Assembly (NCBI GenBank): GCA_965662575.1
Contig: CBFIHN010000004.1
Coordinates: 1 to 56,990, forward strand
Length of the DNA stretch: 56,990 nucleotides
Direction of reading: 5' to 3'
Source: Gammaproteobacteria bacterium
Lineage (GTDB): Bacteria > Pseudomonadota > Gammaproteobacteria > Francisellales > CACEW01
A program made the position numbers and the translations under genes. Under the pieces are notes generated by a model, which was not told where the DNA came from, did not search any database, and worked only from the letters and a program-made list of their open reading frames with translations. This document shows, one piece after another, positions 32,774-45,329 of this stretch. How positions within the stretch are numbered: the first letter of the stretch is position 1; every line of letters begins with the position of its first letter.

Positions 32774-33000
32774 TTGTTATCTATCAAAAAATGATTAGCC
32801 CATTTTTGGGGTCGCGCTGTCGCTTTTATCCTTCTTGCTCGAATTACGCTAAAGAGAGCTTTAAATATCATGGGGTGTTAAAAGCACTTTGGCTAACCAC
32901 GAAACGTTTGTTAAAATGCCATCCCTTGCACCCGGGTGGCTATGATCCGGTTCCTGACACGCATAAGGTTGAACAACACCATGAATCTAAAAAATATTAA
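32728..33000 (+). CDS. yidD: Membrane protein insertion efficiency factor YidD
   Basis: [24 protein letters not shown]. Confidence 0.95.
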   Translation: MAQAQQVVRYVFLGLIVIYQKMISPFLGSRCRFYPSCSNYAKESFKYHGVLKALWLTTKRLLKCHPLHPGGYDPVPDTHKVEQHHESKKY

Positions 33001-34609
33001 GATTATCCTACTCATTGCAATTGCTTTTTTATTGGCGATGTTATGGGGACAATGGCAACAGCAGTATGCACCTAAAGTGACGTCCAGTAAGCCGGCAGCA
33101 ACTGCTCCCCATCAGCAAGTGCCCAATTTACTAGAGGGTGCCGTTCACCATCAAGCTAAAAATCTTGCAAGAGCCAGTAACCAGCAAGGGCGCTATATTC
33201 GGGTCAAGACAGATGTCTTCAATCTAACAATCGATTTAAATGGCGGGAACATCGTTGCGGCAAATCTACCGGCATATCCTAAGACCTTAAAAAGTGATGT
33301 GCCATTTGCATTGCTTAGCAATCAGCAAGCGACTTTATACCAGGCACAAAGTGGTTTTTTAAGCCCTGATTTATCCAATAAACTGCTGCCATTTACTGCC
33401 GCGAAAACGGATTATACGATGACGGGCAATCAGTTGGTCATTAACCTACATTGGCATAATGCTAAAGGCATTGCCTTAACGAAAACCTACACGTTCCACC
33501 AAGGTAGCTATGCGATTGGGGTCAATTACCGAATTGATAACCAAAGTAGCCACGATATGAGTGGTCGTTTTTATGGTCAGTTAATTCGTCAAGACCATAA
33601 AGTTTCACATGGCTTGTTGACTAGTTATACTACTTACACGGGTGCTGCGGTTTCTTATCCTGATAATCATTATCGCAAAGTCACTTTTGCCGATATGCAA
33701 GAGTCTAATCTTAATATCCACACCTTGGGTGGTTGGGCCGCGATGGTTCAGCACTATTTTATCAGCGCTTGGGCACCTGTTCAGAAGACACAAACACAAA
33801 TCTATAGCCGACACTATGGGGATGGTTTGTATGGTATTGGTATTGCCAATCCGATGATTGAGATTCCAGCTAAGCAAAGTAAAACCACAGGGCAGACTTT
33901 GTATGTTGGTCCAGCTATTGCTAAAAATCTAAATGCAGTTGCGCCTTACCTCAATAAAACTATTGATTATGGCTGGCTATGGTTTATCTCGGATATCATT
34001 TTTTGGGTGATGTCGTTTATTCATGGTTTTGTTGGTAACTGGGGTGTATCGATTATTTTAGTTACTTTATTGATTAAAATTTTATTTTATCCCTTGTCAG
34101 CCAAAAGCTATGGCTCGATGGCAAGAATGCGTGCGCTGCAACCTAAAATTCAGCAATTGAAAGAGCGTTGTGGCGAGGATAAACAAAAATTCAGTAAATC
34201 GATGATGGAAATGTACCGTAAAGAAAAAGTTAACCCACTCGGTGGTTGCTTACCGATTGCTGTGCAAATTCCTGTATTTATTGCTTTGTACTGGATGCTC
34301 ATGGAATCGGTTGAATTACGTCATGCGCCTTTTATTTTCTGGATTCATGATTTGTCAGTGCGCGATCCATATTTTATTTTGCCAATATTGATGGGGATTT
34401 CAATGTTTGTGCAGCAAAAATTGAACCCACCACCACCTGATCCAACACAAGCTAAAGTCATGATGGCACTGCCTGTCATCTTTACCGTATTATTTGCCAA
34501 TTTTCCTGCTGGTTTGGTTTTATATTGGTTGGTCAATAACTGTGTGAGTATTTTGCAACAGTGGTATGTCATGCGCAAAGTGGCTAATCAGTCGAAGAAA
34601 AAGCGGTGA
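32981..34609 (+). CDS. yidC: Membrane protein insertase YidC
   Basis: [24 protein letters not shown]; ATG at 32981. Confidence 0.97.
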   Translation: MNLKNIKIILLIAIAFLLAMLWGQWQQQYAPKVTSSKPAATAPHQQVPNLLEGAVHHQAKNLARASNQQGRYIRVKTDVFNLTIDLNGGNIVAANLPAYPKTLKSDVPFALLSNQQATLYQAQSGFLSPDLSNKLLPFTAAKTDYTMTGNQLVINLHWHNAKGIALTKTYTFHQGSYAIGVNYRIDNQSSHDMSGRFYGQLIRQDHKVSHGLLTSYTTYTGAAVSYPDNHYRKVTFADMQESNLNIHTLGGWAAMVQHYFISAWAPVQKTQTQIYSRHYGDGLYGIGIANPMIEIPAKQSKTTGQTLYVGPAIAKNLNAVAPYLNKTIDYGWLWFISDIIFWVMSFIHGFVGNWGVSIILVTLLIKILFYPLSAKSYGSMARMRALQPKIQQLKERCGEDKQKFSKSMMEMYRKEKVNPLGGCLPIAVQIPVFIALYWMLMESVELRHAPFIFWIHDLSVRDPYFILPILMGISMFVQQKLNPPPPDPTQAKVMMALPVIFTVLFANFPAGLVLYWLVNNCVSILQQWYVMRKVANQSKKKR

Positions 34610-34862
34610 TTGATGTATTTGTTTTGTCTTTTCTCAGAATACATCCCTGATGAATGATGCCCGCTTAATTAATGATGTGTTTCCAGTTAATGATGTTATT
34701 CGCGCGTAGGCGGGAATCTGTTCGTTCTCAATTGGCGTCTATGGTGACAAAGGACGAGATCCTCCTGGTGTCTTCAAGGTGCACAGCAGTAAAGCACGGA
34801 AATTTTGTGGGGACTGACGATAGGGAACTAATCGTTGGGCCCCAGTTACGAGTCATTGCCTA

Positions 34863-36212
34863 ATGGACACCATCGTCGCACAAGCAACAGCACCAGGTTT
34901 TGCTGGCGTTGGCATTGTCAGAATCTCTGGTCATCAGGCACGAGCAGTGGCCCAACGTATTCTCAACAAAGTGCCGAAAGTACGCCATGCTGATTATCTG
35001 CCATTTTTGGGTGATCATGGCGAAGTAATCGATCAAGGTATTGCCCTATTTTTTGCTAAACCTAACTCATTTACCGGTGAAGATGTGCTTGAATTACAGG
35101 CACATGGTGGTCCTGTCATCTTAGATTTATTAGTGCAGCAAGCATTACGTGTTGATGGTGTCCGTATTGCCAATCCGGGGGAGTTTTCCCAGCAAGCATT
35201 TATTAATGATAAGCTGGATTTAGCTCAGGCTGAAGCAATTGCTGATTTAATTCATGCCAGTTCAGAGCAAGCAGTTAAATCAGCAGCCCGCTCACTGCAA
35301 GGGGAGTTTTCACAAGCGATTCAAAAACTGGTGAATCAAATGACACATGTACGCATGTATGTTGAAGCCGCGATTGATTTTCCTGAAGAAGAAATTGATT
35401 TTCTTTCCGATCAGGCGATTTTTGATCAACTGAGCGCCATTGAACAGAGTTTTGTGTATTTGCGTGAACAAACCCAACAAGGGACTTTTTTACAAGAAGG
35501 TTTGACCTTGGTTCTAGCGGGAAAACCCAATGCGGGCAAATCGAGTTTATTAAATGCTTTAGCGGAAAAAGAATCAGCTATCGTGACAGATATCGCCGGT
35601 ACGACCCGTGATACGCTTAAAGAGTCGATACAAATTAATGGTATTCCTTTACATATTATCGATACAGCAGGTCTGCGTGATACGGTGGATCGTGTGGAGC
35701 AAGAAGGTGTCAAGCGTGCTAAAGATGCCATCGCGCAAGCGGATCGTATCTTATTGGTGGTTGATCGCCAATCACAGCAGGACTTTGCTCAATTAAAACA
35801 GATTTGGCTAGAAGACCTAACAACACATAATAATATCACGATAGTTTACAATAAAATTGATCTACTTGATGAACAACCGCAGATAGTTAAAGGTGATGAT
35901 CATGATGAAATTTATCTTTCAGCAAAGCAAGGTCTTGGCATTGATTTATTACGTGAATATTTACTGGCTTCTGCTGGTGCGGAGCAAAGTGCTGAAGGGT
36001 CTTTTATTGCCCGACGCCGACATTTAGATGCCATCGAACGTGCGCAGAAAACATTCAGCGATGGTTTGCAGCAGCTGCAGCAACATCAGGCGGGTGAGCT
36101 TTTGGCAGAAGACCTACGCCAATGCCAACATATCTTAGGAGAGATCACAGGCACGGTGACGGCGGATGACCTATTGGGTGACATTTTTTCGAGCTTTTGT
36201 ATTGGCAAGTAA
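34863..36212 (+). CDS. mnmE: tRNA modification GTPase MnmE
   Basis: [22 protein letters not shown]. Confidence 0.98.
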   Translation: MDTIVAQATAPGFAGVGIVRISGHQARAVAQRILNKVPKVRHADYLPFLGDHGEVIDQGIALFFAKPNSFTGEDVLELQAHGGPVILDLLVQQALRVDGVRIANPGEFSQQAFINDKLDLAQAEAIADLIHASSEQAVKSAARSLQGEFSQAIQKLVNQMTHVRMYVEAAIDFPEEEIDFLSDQAIFDQLSAIEQSFVYLREQTQQGTFLQEGLTLVLAGKPNAGKSSLLNALAEKESAIVTDIAGTTRDTLKESIQINGIPLHIIDTAGLRDTVDRVEQEGVKRAKDAIAQADRILLVVDRQSQQDFAQLKQIWLEDLTTHNNITIVYNKIDLLDEQPQIVKGDDHDEIYLSAKQGLGIDLLREYLLASAGAEQSAEGSFIARRRHLDAIERAQKTFSDGLQQLQQHQAGELLAEDLRQCQHILGEITGTVTADDLLGDIFSSFCIGK

Positions 36213-36281
36213 GGGCAGCATTCACGCTAGCGAAATGCTAAGTTAAAATCTGCATACCTTGAATATTAACAACAGAAACCT

Positions 36282-37556
36282 ATGGATAATACCCGCAAGG
36301 TAATCACTTTATCTGCGATTGGCGGTGCGCTCGAATTTTATGATTTTATGGTGTTTTCACTCCTATCATCCTCTATTGCGCAAAGTTTTTTTCCACATGC
36401 TTCTTCAGTCAATGCTTTATTGATGACCTTTAGTACATTTACCGTTGGCTATTTAGCGCGACCCTTAGGCGCCTTAGTTTTCGGTCATATTGGAGATCGT
36501 TATGGCCGAAAAGTGGGTTTTTTAATTGCTTTATTGTTGATGGCTGTTCCATCTCTCGCCATTGCCATACTGCCGGGATATGACATCATTGGCGTACTAG
36601 CACCAGTATTATTGGTTGCTTGTCGTTTATTACAGGGTTTGGCTATTGGTGGTGAAATTCCAGGTGCCATTGTTTTTGTAATGGAACATGTGCAAAAAAA
36701 ACAGTTAGGTTTAGCGATTGCGCTATTGTTTTTAGGATTTAACCTTGCGACTTTTGGTGCACAGCTGATGGTGGTACTAATTCAGTGTTTAGAGCAGCAT
36801 CATGTTATTGGCCACTGGGGTTGGCGTTTAGCATTTCTATTATCTGCTGTCCTAGCCTTTGTTGGTTTCTATCTGCGTCGTGCGTTATCTGAAACGCCGA
36901 CTTTTTTGCAATATCAAAAAAAAATGCGGGGGCAAACCATACCGGCTTGGCATTTATGTTCAAAGCACCATAAAAATTTGCTAAGTGGCACTGTTTTAAT
37001 TGCTGCAGGAGCAGTGACTTTTTTTCTGTTGTTTGTTTATTTACCTTCCTTGCGTTTATTCCATCAAGGACAACCCTTAAATATAGAAGCTCTCGGTTGG
37101 CTTAATACGATGAATCTGGCGATATTTAGTCTGTTATTGGTGGTTGCGGGTTTTGTCGTTGATCATTGGATTAGTCGAGAGCGCTTGCTGCGTATCAGTT
37201 ATCTCATTGCCGCTGTGGTGAGCCCGCTATCTTTTCATTGGATGTTGCATGGTATGCTATGGCAGTTCTGTGTTGGCCTTGGGTTATTATCTCTGCCGGC
37301 TGCGATGATTTCAGCAACGTATGGTGCACAGTTGGCAAGCCTATTTCCAGTGGAGGTTCGTTATAGTGGTGTGGCCCTGGCGTATAGTCTTGCTTTTGCC
37401 ATATTTGGTGGTACCACACCATTAGTTGCTACCTTGTTATTGACGTATTTCCCTCCTGAGTGGTTTTTTCTCTATCCAGCAGTATTTATGCTATTAGGGT
37501 TTTGGTGTGTTCGAACTCGTCCTATTTCCGCTTCTGCTGTCTTCGGCTTACGCTAA
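36282..37556 (+). CDS. MFS transporter, MHS/ProP family
   Basis: LEFYDF, GHIGDRYGRK, GGEIPGA, WGWR, FGGTTP. Confidence 0.9.
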   Translation: MDNTRKVITLSAIGGALEFYDFMVFSLLSSSIAQSFFPHASSVNALLMTFSTFTVGYLARPLGALVFGHIGDRYGRKVGFLIALLLMAVPSLAIAILPGYDIIGVLAPVLLVACRLLQGLAIGGEIPGAIVFVMEHVQKKQLGLAIALLFLGFNLATFGAQLMVVLIQCLEQHHVIGHWGWRLAFLLSAVLAFVGFYLRRALSETPTFLQYQKKMRGQTIPAWHLCSKHHKNLLSGTVLIAAGAVTFFLLFVYLPSLRLFHQGQPLNIEALGWLNTMNLAIFSLLLVVAGFVVDHWISRERLLRISYLIAAVVSPLSFHWMLHGMLWQFCVGLGLLSLPAAMISATYGAQLASLFPVEVRYSGVALAYSLAFAIFGGTTPLVATLLLTYFPPEWFFLYPAVFMLLGFWCVRTRPISASAVFGLR

Positions 37557-37690
37557 GGGTCTGTTACAATTAACATGAAATCCTTCGGCATCTAATTGTC
37601 ATAGCTCAAGGAAAAATAACGTCATCGCAATGAAGGTGACTTTTTCCAGAGATAAGCCTTAGAAAACGACAAGATACAGCGAGATTACCT

Positions 37691-40447
37691 ATGGAAAAAA
37701 CATACAGTGCACAAGCGATTGAGCGTGCGTTATATCAAGACTGGGAACAATCAGATTTTTTCAAAGCACACGGAGCTGGAATGCCGTATTGCCTAATGTT
37801 ACCACCACCGAATGTCACCGGCAGCTTGCATATGGGTCATGGTTTTCAGCAGACGTTGATGGATGTTTTGATTCGTTATCATCGTATGCAAGGTGATTGT
37901 ACTTTGTGGCAGCCAGGCACGGATCACGCCGGTATTGCCACACAAATGGTGGTTGAACGTCAATTGGAGGCAGAGGGGACTAGTCGCCAAGCTTTGGGTC
38001 GCGAAGATTTTGTCAAACGTGTTTGGCAATGGAAGAATGAATCTGGCGGAACAATCTCTCAGCAAATGCGCCGTTTGGGCACATCTCCGGATTGGTCACG
38101 TGAAGGATTTAGCATGGATGATAACTTGTCGCATGCGGTGCGTGAAGCATTTGTACGCTTATATGATGAGGGTCTCATTTATCGTGGTAAGCGCTTAGTC
38201 AATTGGGATCCTGTGTTAAAGACAGCGGTGTCGGATCTTGAGGTTTTATCAGAAGAAACAGACGGTTCACTATGGCATATCCGTTATCCTATTGCTAATA
38301 GCTCTGATTATGTGGTGATTGCAACAACGCGCCCAGAAACATTGTTGGGTGATGCAGCCATCGCGGTGAACCCAGAGGATACACGTTATCAGCATTTGAT
38401 TGGTCAAATGATTGAGTTACCATTTTGTGATCGCCAGATTCCGATTATTAGTGATGATTATGTTGACCAGGCATTTGGTACCGGCTGCGTTAAAATCACC
38501 CCAGCACATGATTTCAATGACTATGATATTGGCAAGCGTCATGATTTGCCACAGATTAATATCCTGACGCTAGATGCCAAAATTAATAGCAATGCGCCAG
38601 AAGCCTATCAAGGGCTAGATCGTTTTGAGGCACGTCAACAATTACTCGCTGATTTAAAGCAGGCGGGTCTATTGGACAAAATTGAAAAACATCGGCTGAA
38701 GATCCCTAAAAGCGAACGGGGTGGGGCGATCATTGAACCGATGTTAAGCGATCAATGGTATGTAAGTACTCAGTCTTTAGCTGAGCCAGCGATTCAGGCA
38801 GTGAAGCAGGGTAAGATTACATTTATTCCTGAGAATGCCAGTAATCTTTATTATCGTTGGCTTGAAGATATTCAGGATTGGTGCATTAGCCGCCAGTTAT
38901 GGTGGGGGCATCGTATTCCTGCTTGGTTTGATAGCGAAGACAATGTCTATGTTGGGCAAGATGAAACCGATGTCCGTAAAAAATATCAGTTAGCTAATGA
39001 GGTGATTTTACGACAAGAAGAGGATGTTTTAGACACATGGTTTTCAGCTGCCTTGTGGCCATTTGCTACGTTAGGCTGGCCAGAGAAAACGCCGGAATTC
39101 AGTCAATTTTACCCAACCTCAACTTTAATCACGGGTTTTGATATTATTTTCTTCTGGGTAGCGCGAATGATTATGTTTGGCCTTAAATTCACCGGGGAAG
39201 TACCGTTTCGTGAGGTTTATATTCATGGTTTAATTCGTGATCATGATGGCCAAAAGATGTCAAAATCAAAAGGGAATGTTCTAGATCCTGTGGATTTAAT
39301 TGATGGTATTGAGCTGGAACCATTAATTGCGAAACGTACTTCAAAAATGATGCAACCTCGTTTAAAAGAAAAAATTATCAAGGCGACCAAAGCACAATTT
39401 CCCGAGGGAATTAAAGCGTATGGCACGGATGCTTTGCGTTTTACTTTTTGTGCTTTGGCCTCAACCAGTCGTGATATTGTCTTTGATGTGCAGCGGATGG
39501 AAGGCTATCGCAACTTCTGTAATAAGCTGTGGAATGCGTCGCGTTTTGTCCTAATGAATTTAGAAGGTCAGGCAATCCAAGCCGGAGAGCTGGGCTTAAC
39601 GGAGCGTTGGATTTACTCACGTTTAAATCATTGTATACAACAGGTCCACCAAACTATTCATCAATACCGTTTTGATTTGGCGGCTCAAGCAATTTATGAG
39701 TTTGTTTGGAATACGTATTGCGACTGGTATGTAGAATTTGCCAAAATTCATTTGCAGTCAAAGATCAATGATAAAGCCAAGGCAGCGATTCGCTATACGT
39801 TGGTCGATGTGCTCGATTGTATTTTGCGGTTAGCACACCCGATTATTCCGTTTATTACTGACAGCATTTGGCAATCGGTCAAGTCATTTTCTAACGCAGA
39901 GGGTACCAGCCTAATGCGGCAACCTTATCCGCAAGTGGATACGCAAATGCTTGATCAGACAGTTGAGCAACAGATGAATTGGCTTCAACAAGTTATTGTC
40001 GCGATTCGTACGATTCGCAGCGAAATGAATATCTCACCGAAAAAGCAAGTACCATTGCATATTCAACATGCAACAGCGACTGAAAAGACCAGTTTGCAAG
40101 CACAGCAAGATTTGCTGATGAGCTTAGCAAAAATTGAATCGATTAGTTGGTTAGAAGGTCATATTGAGCCAGGCACAACGGCGGTACAAACTGTCGGCAA
40201 ATTGGCCTTGCATATTCCATTGGCTGGTCTGATCGATACCGATGCTGAGAGGCAGCGTTTACAAAAAGAAATGACTAAGTTAGAAAAAGAACTGACACAG
40301 TTACAGGCCAAGCTAAGCAATCCGAATTTTACTGGAAGAGCGCCTGAGGCCGTGGTTGATAAGGTGCGTGCCAAACAACAGTTAGCACATAATAGTTACC
40401 AACAGTTGCAGCAACAGCTTGCTCAGTTGATACAATATTCTTATTGA
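37691..40447 (+). CDS. valS: Valine--tRNA ligase
   Basis: [19 protein letters not shown]-terminal coiled coil. Confidence 0.98.
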   Translation: MEKTYSAQAIERALYQDWEQSDFFKAHGAGMPYCLMLPPPNVTGSLHMGHGFQQTLMDVLIRYHRMQGDCTLWQPGTDHAGIATQMVVERQLEAEGTSRQALGREDFVKRVWQWKNESGGTISQQMRRLGTSPDWSREGFSMDDNLSHAVREAFVRLYDEGLIYRGKRLVNWDPVLKTAVSDLEVLSEETDGSLWHIRYPIANSSDYVVIATTRPETLLGDAAIAVNPEDTRYQHLIGQMIELPFCDRQIPIISDDYVDQAFGTGCVKITPAHDFNDYDIGKRHDLPQINILTLDAKINSNAPEAYQGLDRFEARQQLLADLKQAGLLDKIEKHRLKIPKSERGGAIIEPMLSDQWYVSTQSLAEPAIQAVKQGKITFIPENASNLYYRWLEDIQDWCISRQLWWGHRIPAWFDSEDNVYVGQDETDVRKKYQLANEVILRQEEDVLDTWFSAALWPFATLGWPEKTPEFSQFYPTSTLITGFDIIFFWVARMIMFGLKFTGEVPFREVYIHGLIRDHDGQKMSKSKGNVLDPVDLIDGIELEPLIAKRTSKMMQPRLKEKIIKATKAQFPEGIKAYGTDALRFTFCALASTSRDIVFDVQRMEGYRNFCNKLWNASRFVLMNLEGQAIQAGELGLTERWIYSRLNHCIQQVHQTIHQYRFDLAAQAIYEFVWNTYCDWYVEFAKIHLQSKINDKAKAAIRYTLVDVLDCILRLAHPIIPFITDSIWQSVKSFSNAEGTSLMRQPYPQVDTQMLDQTVEQQMNWLQQVIVAIRTIRSEMNISPKKQVPLHIQHATATEKTSLQAQQDLLMSLAKIESISWLEGHIEPGTTAVQTVGKLALHIPLAGLIDTDAERQRLQKEMTKLEKELTQLQAKLSNPNFTGRAPEAVVDKVRAKQQLAHNSYQQLQQQLAQLIQYSY

Positions 40448-40518
40448 ATATATTGCAAGGTGAGCAACGTTCATTTTGAGGTAAAATAGTTGTTAAGCTG
40501 GGATCATTCTGGATGTGA

Positions 40519-41859
40519 CTAGCTATAACGCTTAAATACTGCAATTGATTCAACGTGTGTTGTATGCGGAAACATGTCGATGACGCCTGCTTCAACTAAT
40601 TTAAAACCTTGTTCATTGACTAACAGGCCTGCATCACGTGCCAGTGTTGCAGGGTTGCAAGAAATATAAACAATATGGTTGATTGAATTTAAGCCTATTC
40701 TTTTAATAACAGCTTCCGCACCCGCACGTGGTGGGTCGAGTAGCAATTTATTCGCGCCGCGCTTTAAGAAATGGTCATCAAATTGTTCATCAAATAGGTT
40801 GGCGGCATGAAATTCGGTATTAGTTAACTGATTGTATTGTGCATTGGCCAATGCTCGCATAGTCATTGGCTCATCACCTTCAACACCAATAACTTTTTTT
40901 GCATAGCGTGCGATGGGTAGACTAAAGTTGCCCAAACCACAAAATAAATCTAACACGACGTCATCTGCGTTAAGCTCAAGTTTTTGTAAAGCCAGATTAA
41001 CCATCTGCTGATTTAGTTTCGTGTTAACTTGCGTGAAATCTTGCGGTTGAAAATTCACACGAATATTATGCGTTGGTAATTCATAATAAAGGCCTGTTTT
41101 GGCAGCATTTTTTGGCCAGATTGGATGAATGCTATCTGGGCCTTTAGGCTGTAGGTAAATCCAGAATTCATTGGTCTGTGCAAATTGAGATATATTTTCA
41201 ATGTCCTGCGGTGATAGTTCACAGAGATGACGAATAATCAGTGCCGTTTTTTTATCATCAATCGCTACTTCTAATTGGGGAATTTGGTCTTTCGCTGTTA
41301 AAGTCTCTAGCCATTGCCGAAGCTCGGTTATATGATCACCAACACTAGGGTGCAAAATCTCACAGCGTGACATATCAGTTAAAAAGTGCCCGTTTTTTTC
41401 ACGAAAGCCGACCAATACGCCACCTTTTTTAATTACATAACGTACACCCAAGCGGGCTTTGTGGCGGTAGCCAAACTGGTTGGCAGTCAATGGGCTGATC
41501 CATTTTTGTGGTGTGACATGACCAAAATGTTCAAACTGGTCGGCTAGCACGTTTTGTTTGTGTTTAATCTGTGCTGATGAGTTCATATGTTGCAAGCTAC
41601 AACCACCACAAAGCCCAAATACAGCGCATGGTGGTTGTACGCGATCACTAGATGGCTTAAAGACTTCAATCACTTTAGCTTCATCATATTGACGGTGACA
41701 GCGCGTGTATTGAAAAGACACTTGTTCGCCTGGCAAAGCACCATCAACAAAAACGGTCTTGCCTTTAACTTCCGTTATGCCTCGCCCTTCATGACTTAAG
41801 CGCAGGATATCAGCAATGACCAATTCTTGAGGTAATTTTTGACGGCGACGGCGTTTCAT
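40519..41859 (-). CDS. rlmD: 23S rRNA m5U1939 methyltransferase
   Basis: TRAM domain, CGGC, DLFCGLGNF, DPPRAG, DMFPHTTHVES. Confidence 0.95.
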   Translation of the reverse strand: MKRRRRQKLPQELVIADILRLSHEGRGITEVKGKTVFVDGALPGEQVSFQYTRCHRQYDEAKVIEVFKPSSDRVQPPCAVFGLCGGCSLQHMNSSAQIKHKQNVLADQFEHFGHVTPQKWISPLTANQFGYRHKARLGVRYVIKKGGVLVGFREKNGHFLTDMSRCEILHPSVGDHITELRQWLETLTAKDQIPQLEVAIDDKKTALIIRHLCELSPQDIENISQFAQTNEFWIYLQPKGPDSIHPIWPKNAAKTGLYYELPTHNIRVNFQPQDFTQVNTKLNQQMVNLALQKLELNADDVVLDLFCGLGNFSLPIARYAKKVIGVEGDEPMTMRALANAQYNQLTNTEFHAANLFDEQFDDHFLKRGANKLLLDPPRAGAEAVIKRIGLNSINHIVYISCNPATLARDAGLLVNEQGFKLVEAGVIDMFPHTTHVESIAVFKRYS

Positions 41860-41955
41860 AATGTAAATCCAAAACTCAAAAACGCGCTATTGTAGTTGAC
41901 GGTGGATAAGTGATCAATCCTGGGGACGGTGATTCATGGCTTGAGGTGTCATCGA

Positions 41956-44217
41956 TCAACACCCTTTGCAGTCAGCACAAGTTTTAGCCAAGCTTGGTCT
42001 AAAGTGTACACGATCAGCAAAGTAATGCATTAAATAGACTAGCAAAGCGATAAATCCCAGTGCTGCTACGATTTGACTACCTGCTATCCATGGTGCCGTG
42101 GCCATGCGTGTTATTTGGTATGCAAATAGCGCAACACAATAAGCAATGGCAGTGCTCCAGGCAACCGACATCCATGCCCAGGCACGTCCGGCTTCACGAG
42201 TAACAGCGCCGATAGTGGCAACGCATGGAATATAAAGTAGCACAAATAGTAGATACGCAAAGGCTGAGGCAATTGAACCAAAACTGATGACCATGGTGCC
42301 CATGGCTGTTTTATCCATATGTGCATCTGCTTCATTGGCGGTGAATGGATTAGAAAAGCTTGATAGGCTCATTGCTTTAAAATTACTCACTGTCTCATCA
42401 ATAGCGCTTTTTAGGTCAGCCCAAAAATTGTAATTTTTACTCATGGGGTTGGTATTGGTTTTTTGTTGGCTATACAATGTATTGAGTGTGCCGACAACAA
42501 CCTCTTTAGCTAAGGTGCCGGTAATCAACCCAACAGTGGCGGGCCAATTATCTTGTTTAATACCAATGGGTGCCAATATAGGTGTGATGGTACGACCAAT
42601 GGTTGCAAGAATAGAATCACGTGTATTTTTCGTGACTAAGTGGCCATTAGGTTGGACTGCATTTAAAGCACCAATAACCACACAGACGGGGATAATGACT
42701 TTACCTGCGCGGACTAAAAAGCGTTTAAGTCGTTGCCAGGTTTGTAGTAATATTGCTCTGGTGTTGGGCAAATGATACACCGGAATCTCCATAATAAACG
42801 GTGTGTTTTCACCTTTAAGTAAGGTGTTTTTAACCACCAATCCGGTGATAATAGCGCAAACAATGCCAATGACATAGAGTAAAAAGACAACTGTTGCGCC
42901 GCCACCATGGGCAAAAAATGCACTGGCAAATACGGCAAAAATGGCTAAACGTGCGCCGCATGAGACAAAAGGTGCCATCATAATCGTCAGGAGGCGGTCG
43001 CGACGACGTTCCAATGCACGTGTTGCCATGACTGCTGGCACATTACAACCAAAGCCAATAATCAAGGGCACAAAGGACTTTCCTGGTAGGCCAACGGCTT
43101 GCATAATGCGGTCCATGACAAATGCGGCACGCGCCATATAGCCAGAGTCCTCCAATAAACATAAAAACAAGAACATGCAACCAATTTGTGGCACAAAGGT
43201 AACGACCGTATTGATACCCAAGCCAATCCCTTGAGCGACGACTGCGGTCATCCAGGTTGGTAATCCAATACTCATGCCAACATGTGATAAGCCATCGATA
43301 AAAATTGCACGTGAACTGTTATCAAACAAAGGTTGTAATGCACCACCAATGGTAATTGAAAACTCAAACATCAAATACATGATGAATAAAAATATGGGTA
43401 GTCCAAGATATTTATTCATACAAACCGAATCGATGATTTCCGTTGCGCGGTGTTTGGCAATTGTTTCCCGGATTAGGCATTGGCGGCCAATATCATGAAT
43501 TGCTTGATAGCGCGCGTTAGCAATAGTCATCGCTTGATCTGTGAATCTGTTTTCAACCGAATGTTGTGTGCACTCATCAAGCAGCGATAACGCATAATGA
43601 TCATTTTCCAATAAGCGTAGGCTTAACCATATTTTATCTGGTACGGGTGTATTGCTTAATAAAACCGCTGAAATTTGATCAATAAGCGGTTGTGGGTAAT
43701 AGTCTAGGTGTTTGAACTCTGCTGCTTGCGTGCCCTTAACAATCGTTTTTTTCAAATCCTCAACACCGACACCACGGCGGCTTATCATCGGTACAACACT
43801 CAGACCCAATGATTTTTCTAGTGCTGAGAAATCAATTTTGATCCCTTTTTGTTGGGCAATATCGACCATATTGACTGCCAAAATGATGGGCACTTTCATT
43901 TCAATTAGCTGTAAAGTCAAAAATAAATTACGTTCAAGGTTTGAGGCATCTAGGATATTAACAATCAGGTTAGGTTGTGTTTTCAGTATAAATTCACTCG
44001 CAATTTTCTCATCAAGTGAACCTTCTTCCGATGAAACCATCGAGTATAGGCCTGGCAAATCAATCACCTCAACCGTCTGTTTATCGTAATTAAAACGCCC
44101 GGTTTTCTTGTCAACCGTTACCCCTGCCCAGTTGCCAACTTTTTGCCGTGCGCCGGTGAGTGCATTAAATACAGTGGTTTTACCGCAGTTTGGATTACCG
44201 ACTAGCGCTACTTTCAT
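41956..44217 (-). CDS. feoB: Ferrous iron transporter FeoB
   Basis: GNPNCGKT, NWAGVTV, DLPG, GFGCNVP. Confidence 0.97.
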   Translation of the reverse strand: MKVALVGNPNCGKTTVFNALTGARQKVGNWAGVTVDKKTGRFNYDKQTVEVIDLPGLYSMVSSEEGSLDEKIASEFILKTQPNLIVNILDASNLERNLFLTLQLIEMKVPIILAVNMVDIAQQKGIKIDFSALEKSLGLSVVPMISRRGVGVEDLKKTIVKGTQAAEFKHLDYYPQPLIDQISAVLLSNTPVPDKIWLSLRLLENDHYALSLLDECTQHSVENRFTDQAMTIANARYQAIHDIGRQCLIRETIAKHRATEIIDSVCMNKYLGLPIFLFIMYLMFEFSITIGGALQPLFDNSSRAIFIDGLSHVGMSIGLPTWMTAVVAQGIGLGINTVVTFVPQIGCMFLFLCLLEDSGYMARAAFVMDRIMQAVGLPGKSFVPLIIGFGCNVPAVMATRALERRRDRLLTIMMAPFVSCGARLAIFAVFASAFFAHGGGATVVFLLYVIGIVCAIITGLVVKNTLLKGENTPFIMEIPVYHLPNTRAILLQTWQRLKRFLVRAGKVIIPVCVVIGALNAVQPNGHLVTKNTRDSILATIGRTITPILAPIGIKQDNWPATVGLITGTLAKEVVVGTLNTLYSQQKTNTNPMSKNYNFWADLKSAIDETVSNFKAMSLSSFSNPFTANEADAHMDKTAMGTMVISFGSIASAFAYLLFVLLYIPCVATIGAVTREAGRAWAWMSVAWSTAIAYCVALFAYQITRMATAPWIAGSQIVAALGFIALLVYLMHYFADRVHFRPSLAKTCADCKGC

Positions 44218-44431
44218 CTTCTCTCACCTCGATTAGGCTTAGCTCGGATTTGCGCAAAGACACCCGAGTTCCTTGAATTTCAATTTGGTAAGGGTCGCCC
44301 AGAGGCGCGATCGAACCAACCTTAAATAATTGGTCAATAACAAAGCCCATAGCCAGTAGCTTTTGTGTATATCCTGCCGGGCACCGGCTAGAAAAGCCTG
44401 TGATACGGTAAGTTTTCCCTGTCTCTAGCAT
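44195..44431 (-). CDS. feoA: FeoA
   Basis: LLAMGF, APLGDP, SLRKSE. Confidence 0.93.
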   Translation of the reverse strand: MLETGKTYRITGFSSRCPAGYTQKLLAMGFVIDQLFKVGSIAPLGDPYQIEIQGTRVSLRKSELSLIEVREDESSASR

Positions 44432-44496
44432 CGGTTGTTAATGTCAATTCTTATGAGGTCATAGTATAAGCGTAGGGTTTAATGAAAAGCAATAGA

Positions 44497-44515
44497 AATG
44501 AGAATGATTCTCATT
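44497..44515. promoter_or_regulatory. Fur box upstream of feoAB
   Basis: Perfect 9-1-9 palindrome AATGAGAAT-G-ATTCTCATT. Confidence 0.85.
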
Positions 44516-44720
44516 TTATCAGGAGTTTCGCGGTAGCGAAGCTCCTTCCCGAAATCCAATCAGGAAATAAAAATACCACGGTCGTCAGCCGAGGACTTTT
44601 ATAAACGCTTAGTTCTGCAGAATCAGTGTCTGACCACTGTCGTTATCAACATTAAACGGTGGGCATGAGACCAGGTTTTGTTGTTGTTGGGGCCTGTAAA
44701 TATGTGTGGTGGGCTAAGGA

Positions 44721-45113
44721 TTAAGTCCGAATTGCTTTCGCATATACAATTGATGCATCAAGAGGGCCTGCATTAGCTGTGTTACCAGCTTGGATGTCCG
44801 TTAGGCCATTTGCACCGGCTTTGGCGGCTAATTTTTTAGCCAGTAATAAGTTGGCCTGAACATTGTGTTCATTGGCGGTGGGTGTTTGTGCAGTAAAGTG
44901 GCGTGCAATCCTTATTGTTCCGACGACTTTTGCATTAGATGGGGCTTGACGATAGACTTGAACTGAGTCTGCAGTAACAGGTTTAAATGTCTTGTTTGTC
45001 GGCAACATAATGCCATGTGACGTATAATCTGGATGTGGTGATAACCCATATAAAATGGCAGCAACTGCGATAAGAATAACGGCGTAAATGATGTTCAGGT
45101 GTAAGTGCTTCAT
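44721..45113 (-). CDS. Small membrane-anchored hypothetical protein
   Basis: ATG at 45113 (MKHLHLN), TM helix, then a KKLAAKAGANG pattern reminiscent of YbjQ/dodecin-like folds. Confidence 0.65.
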   Translation of the reverse strand: MKHLHLNIIYAVILIAVAAILYGLSPHPDYTSHGIMLPTNKTFKPVTADSVQVYRQAPSNAKVVGTIRIARHFTAQTPTANEHNVQANLLLAKKLAAKAGANGLTDIQAGNTANAGPLDASIVYAKAIRT

Positions 45114-45149
45114 ATAATGTAAACTAGTGAATGATATTAAAACAAAAGA

Positions 45150-45236
45150 TGGTGCCGAGGGTCGGAGTCGAACCGACACGGTGTTGCCACCGCCGGATTT
45201 TGAATCCGGTGCGTCTACCAATTTCGCCACCCCGGC
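45150..45236 (-). tRNA. tRNA-Leu(CAA)
   Basis: GCCGGGGTGGCGAAATTGGTAGACGC...CCGGA-TTCAAAA-TCCGG, long variable arm, GGTTCGA, CCA end. Confidence 0.97.
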
Positions 45237-45329
45237 AAAGTCATCTGACTGGCGAGCAGTTGCTGCAGAATATAGAGTTTATATATTACTGTCAATAACT
45301 CCAGAGTGACTGCATGATTTCTTTATCGT

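Noticed and set aside
34672-34863. 63-aa ORF between yidC and mnmE
   Set aside because: No motifs, and it overlaps a degenerate family C palindrome.
44600-45150. Genomic island integrated at tRNA-Leu
   Set aside because: No integrase and no duplicated tRNA 3' end.
45114-45230. N-terminal extension of ORF 44721..45230 and ORF 45127..45309
   Set aside because: These are translations of the tRNA-Leu gene.
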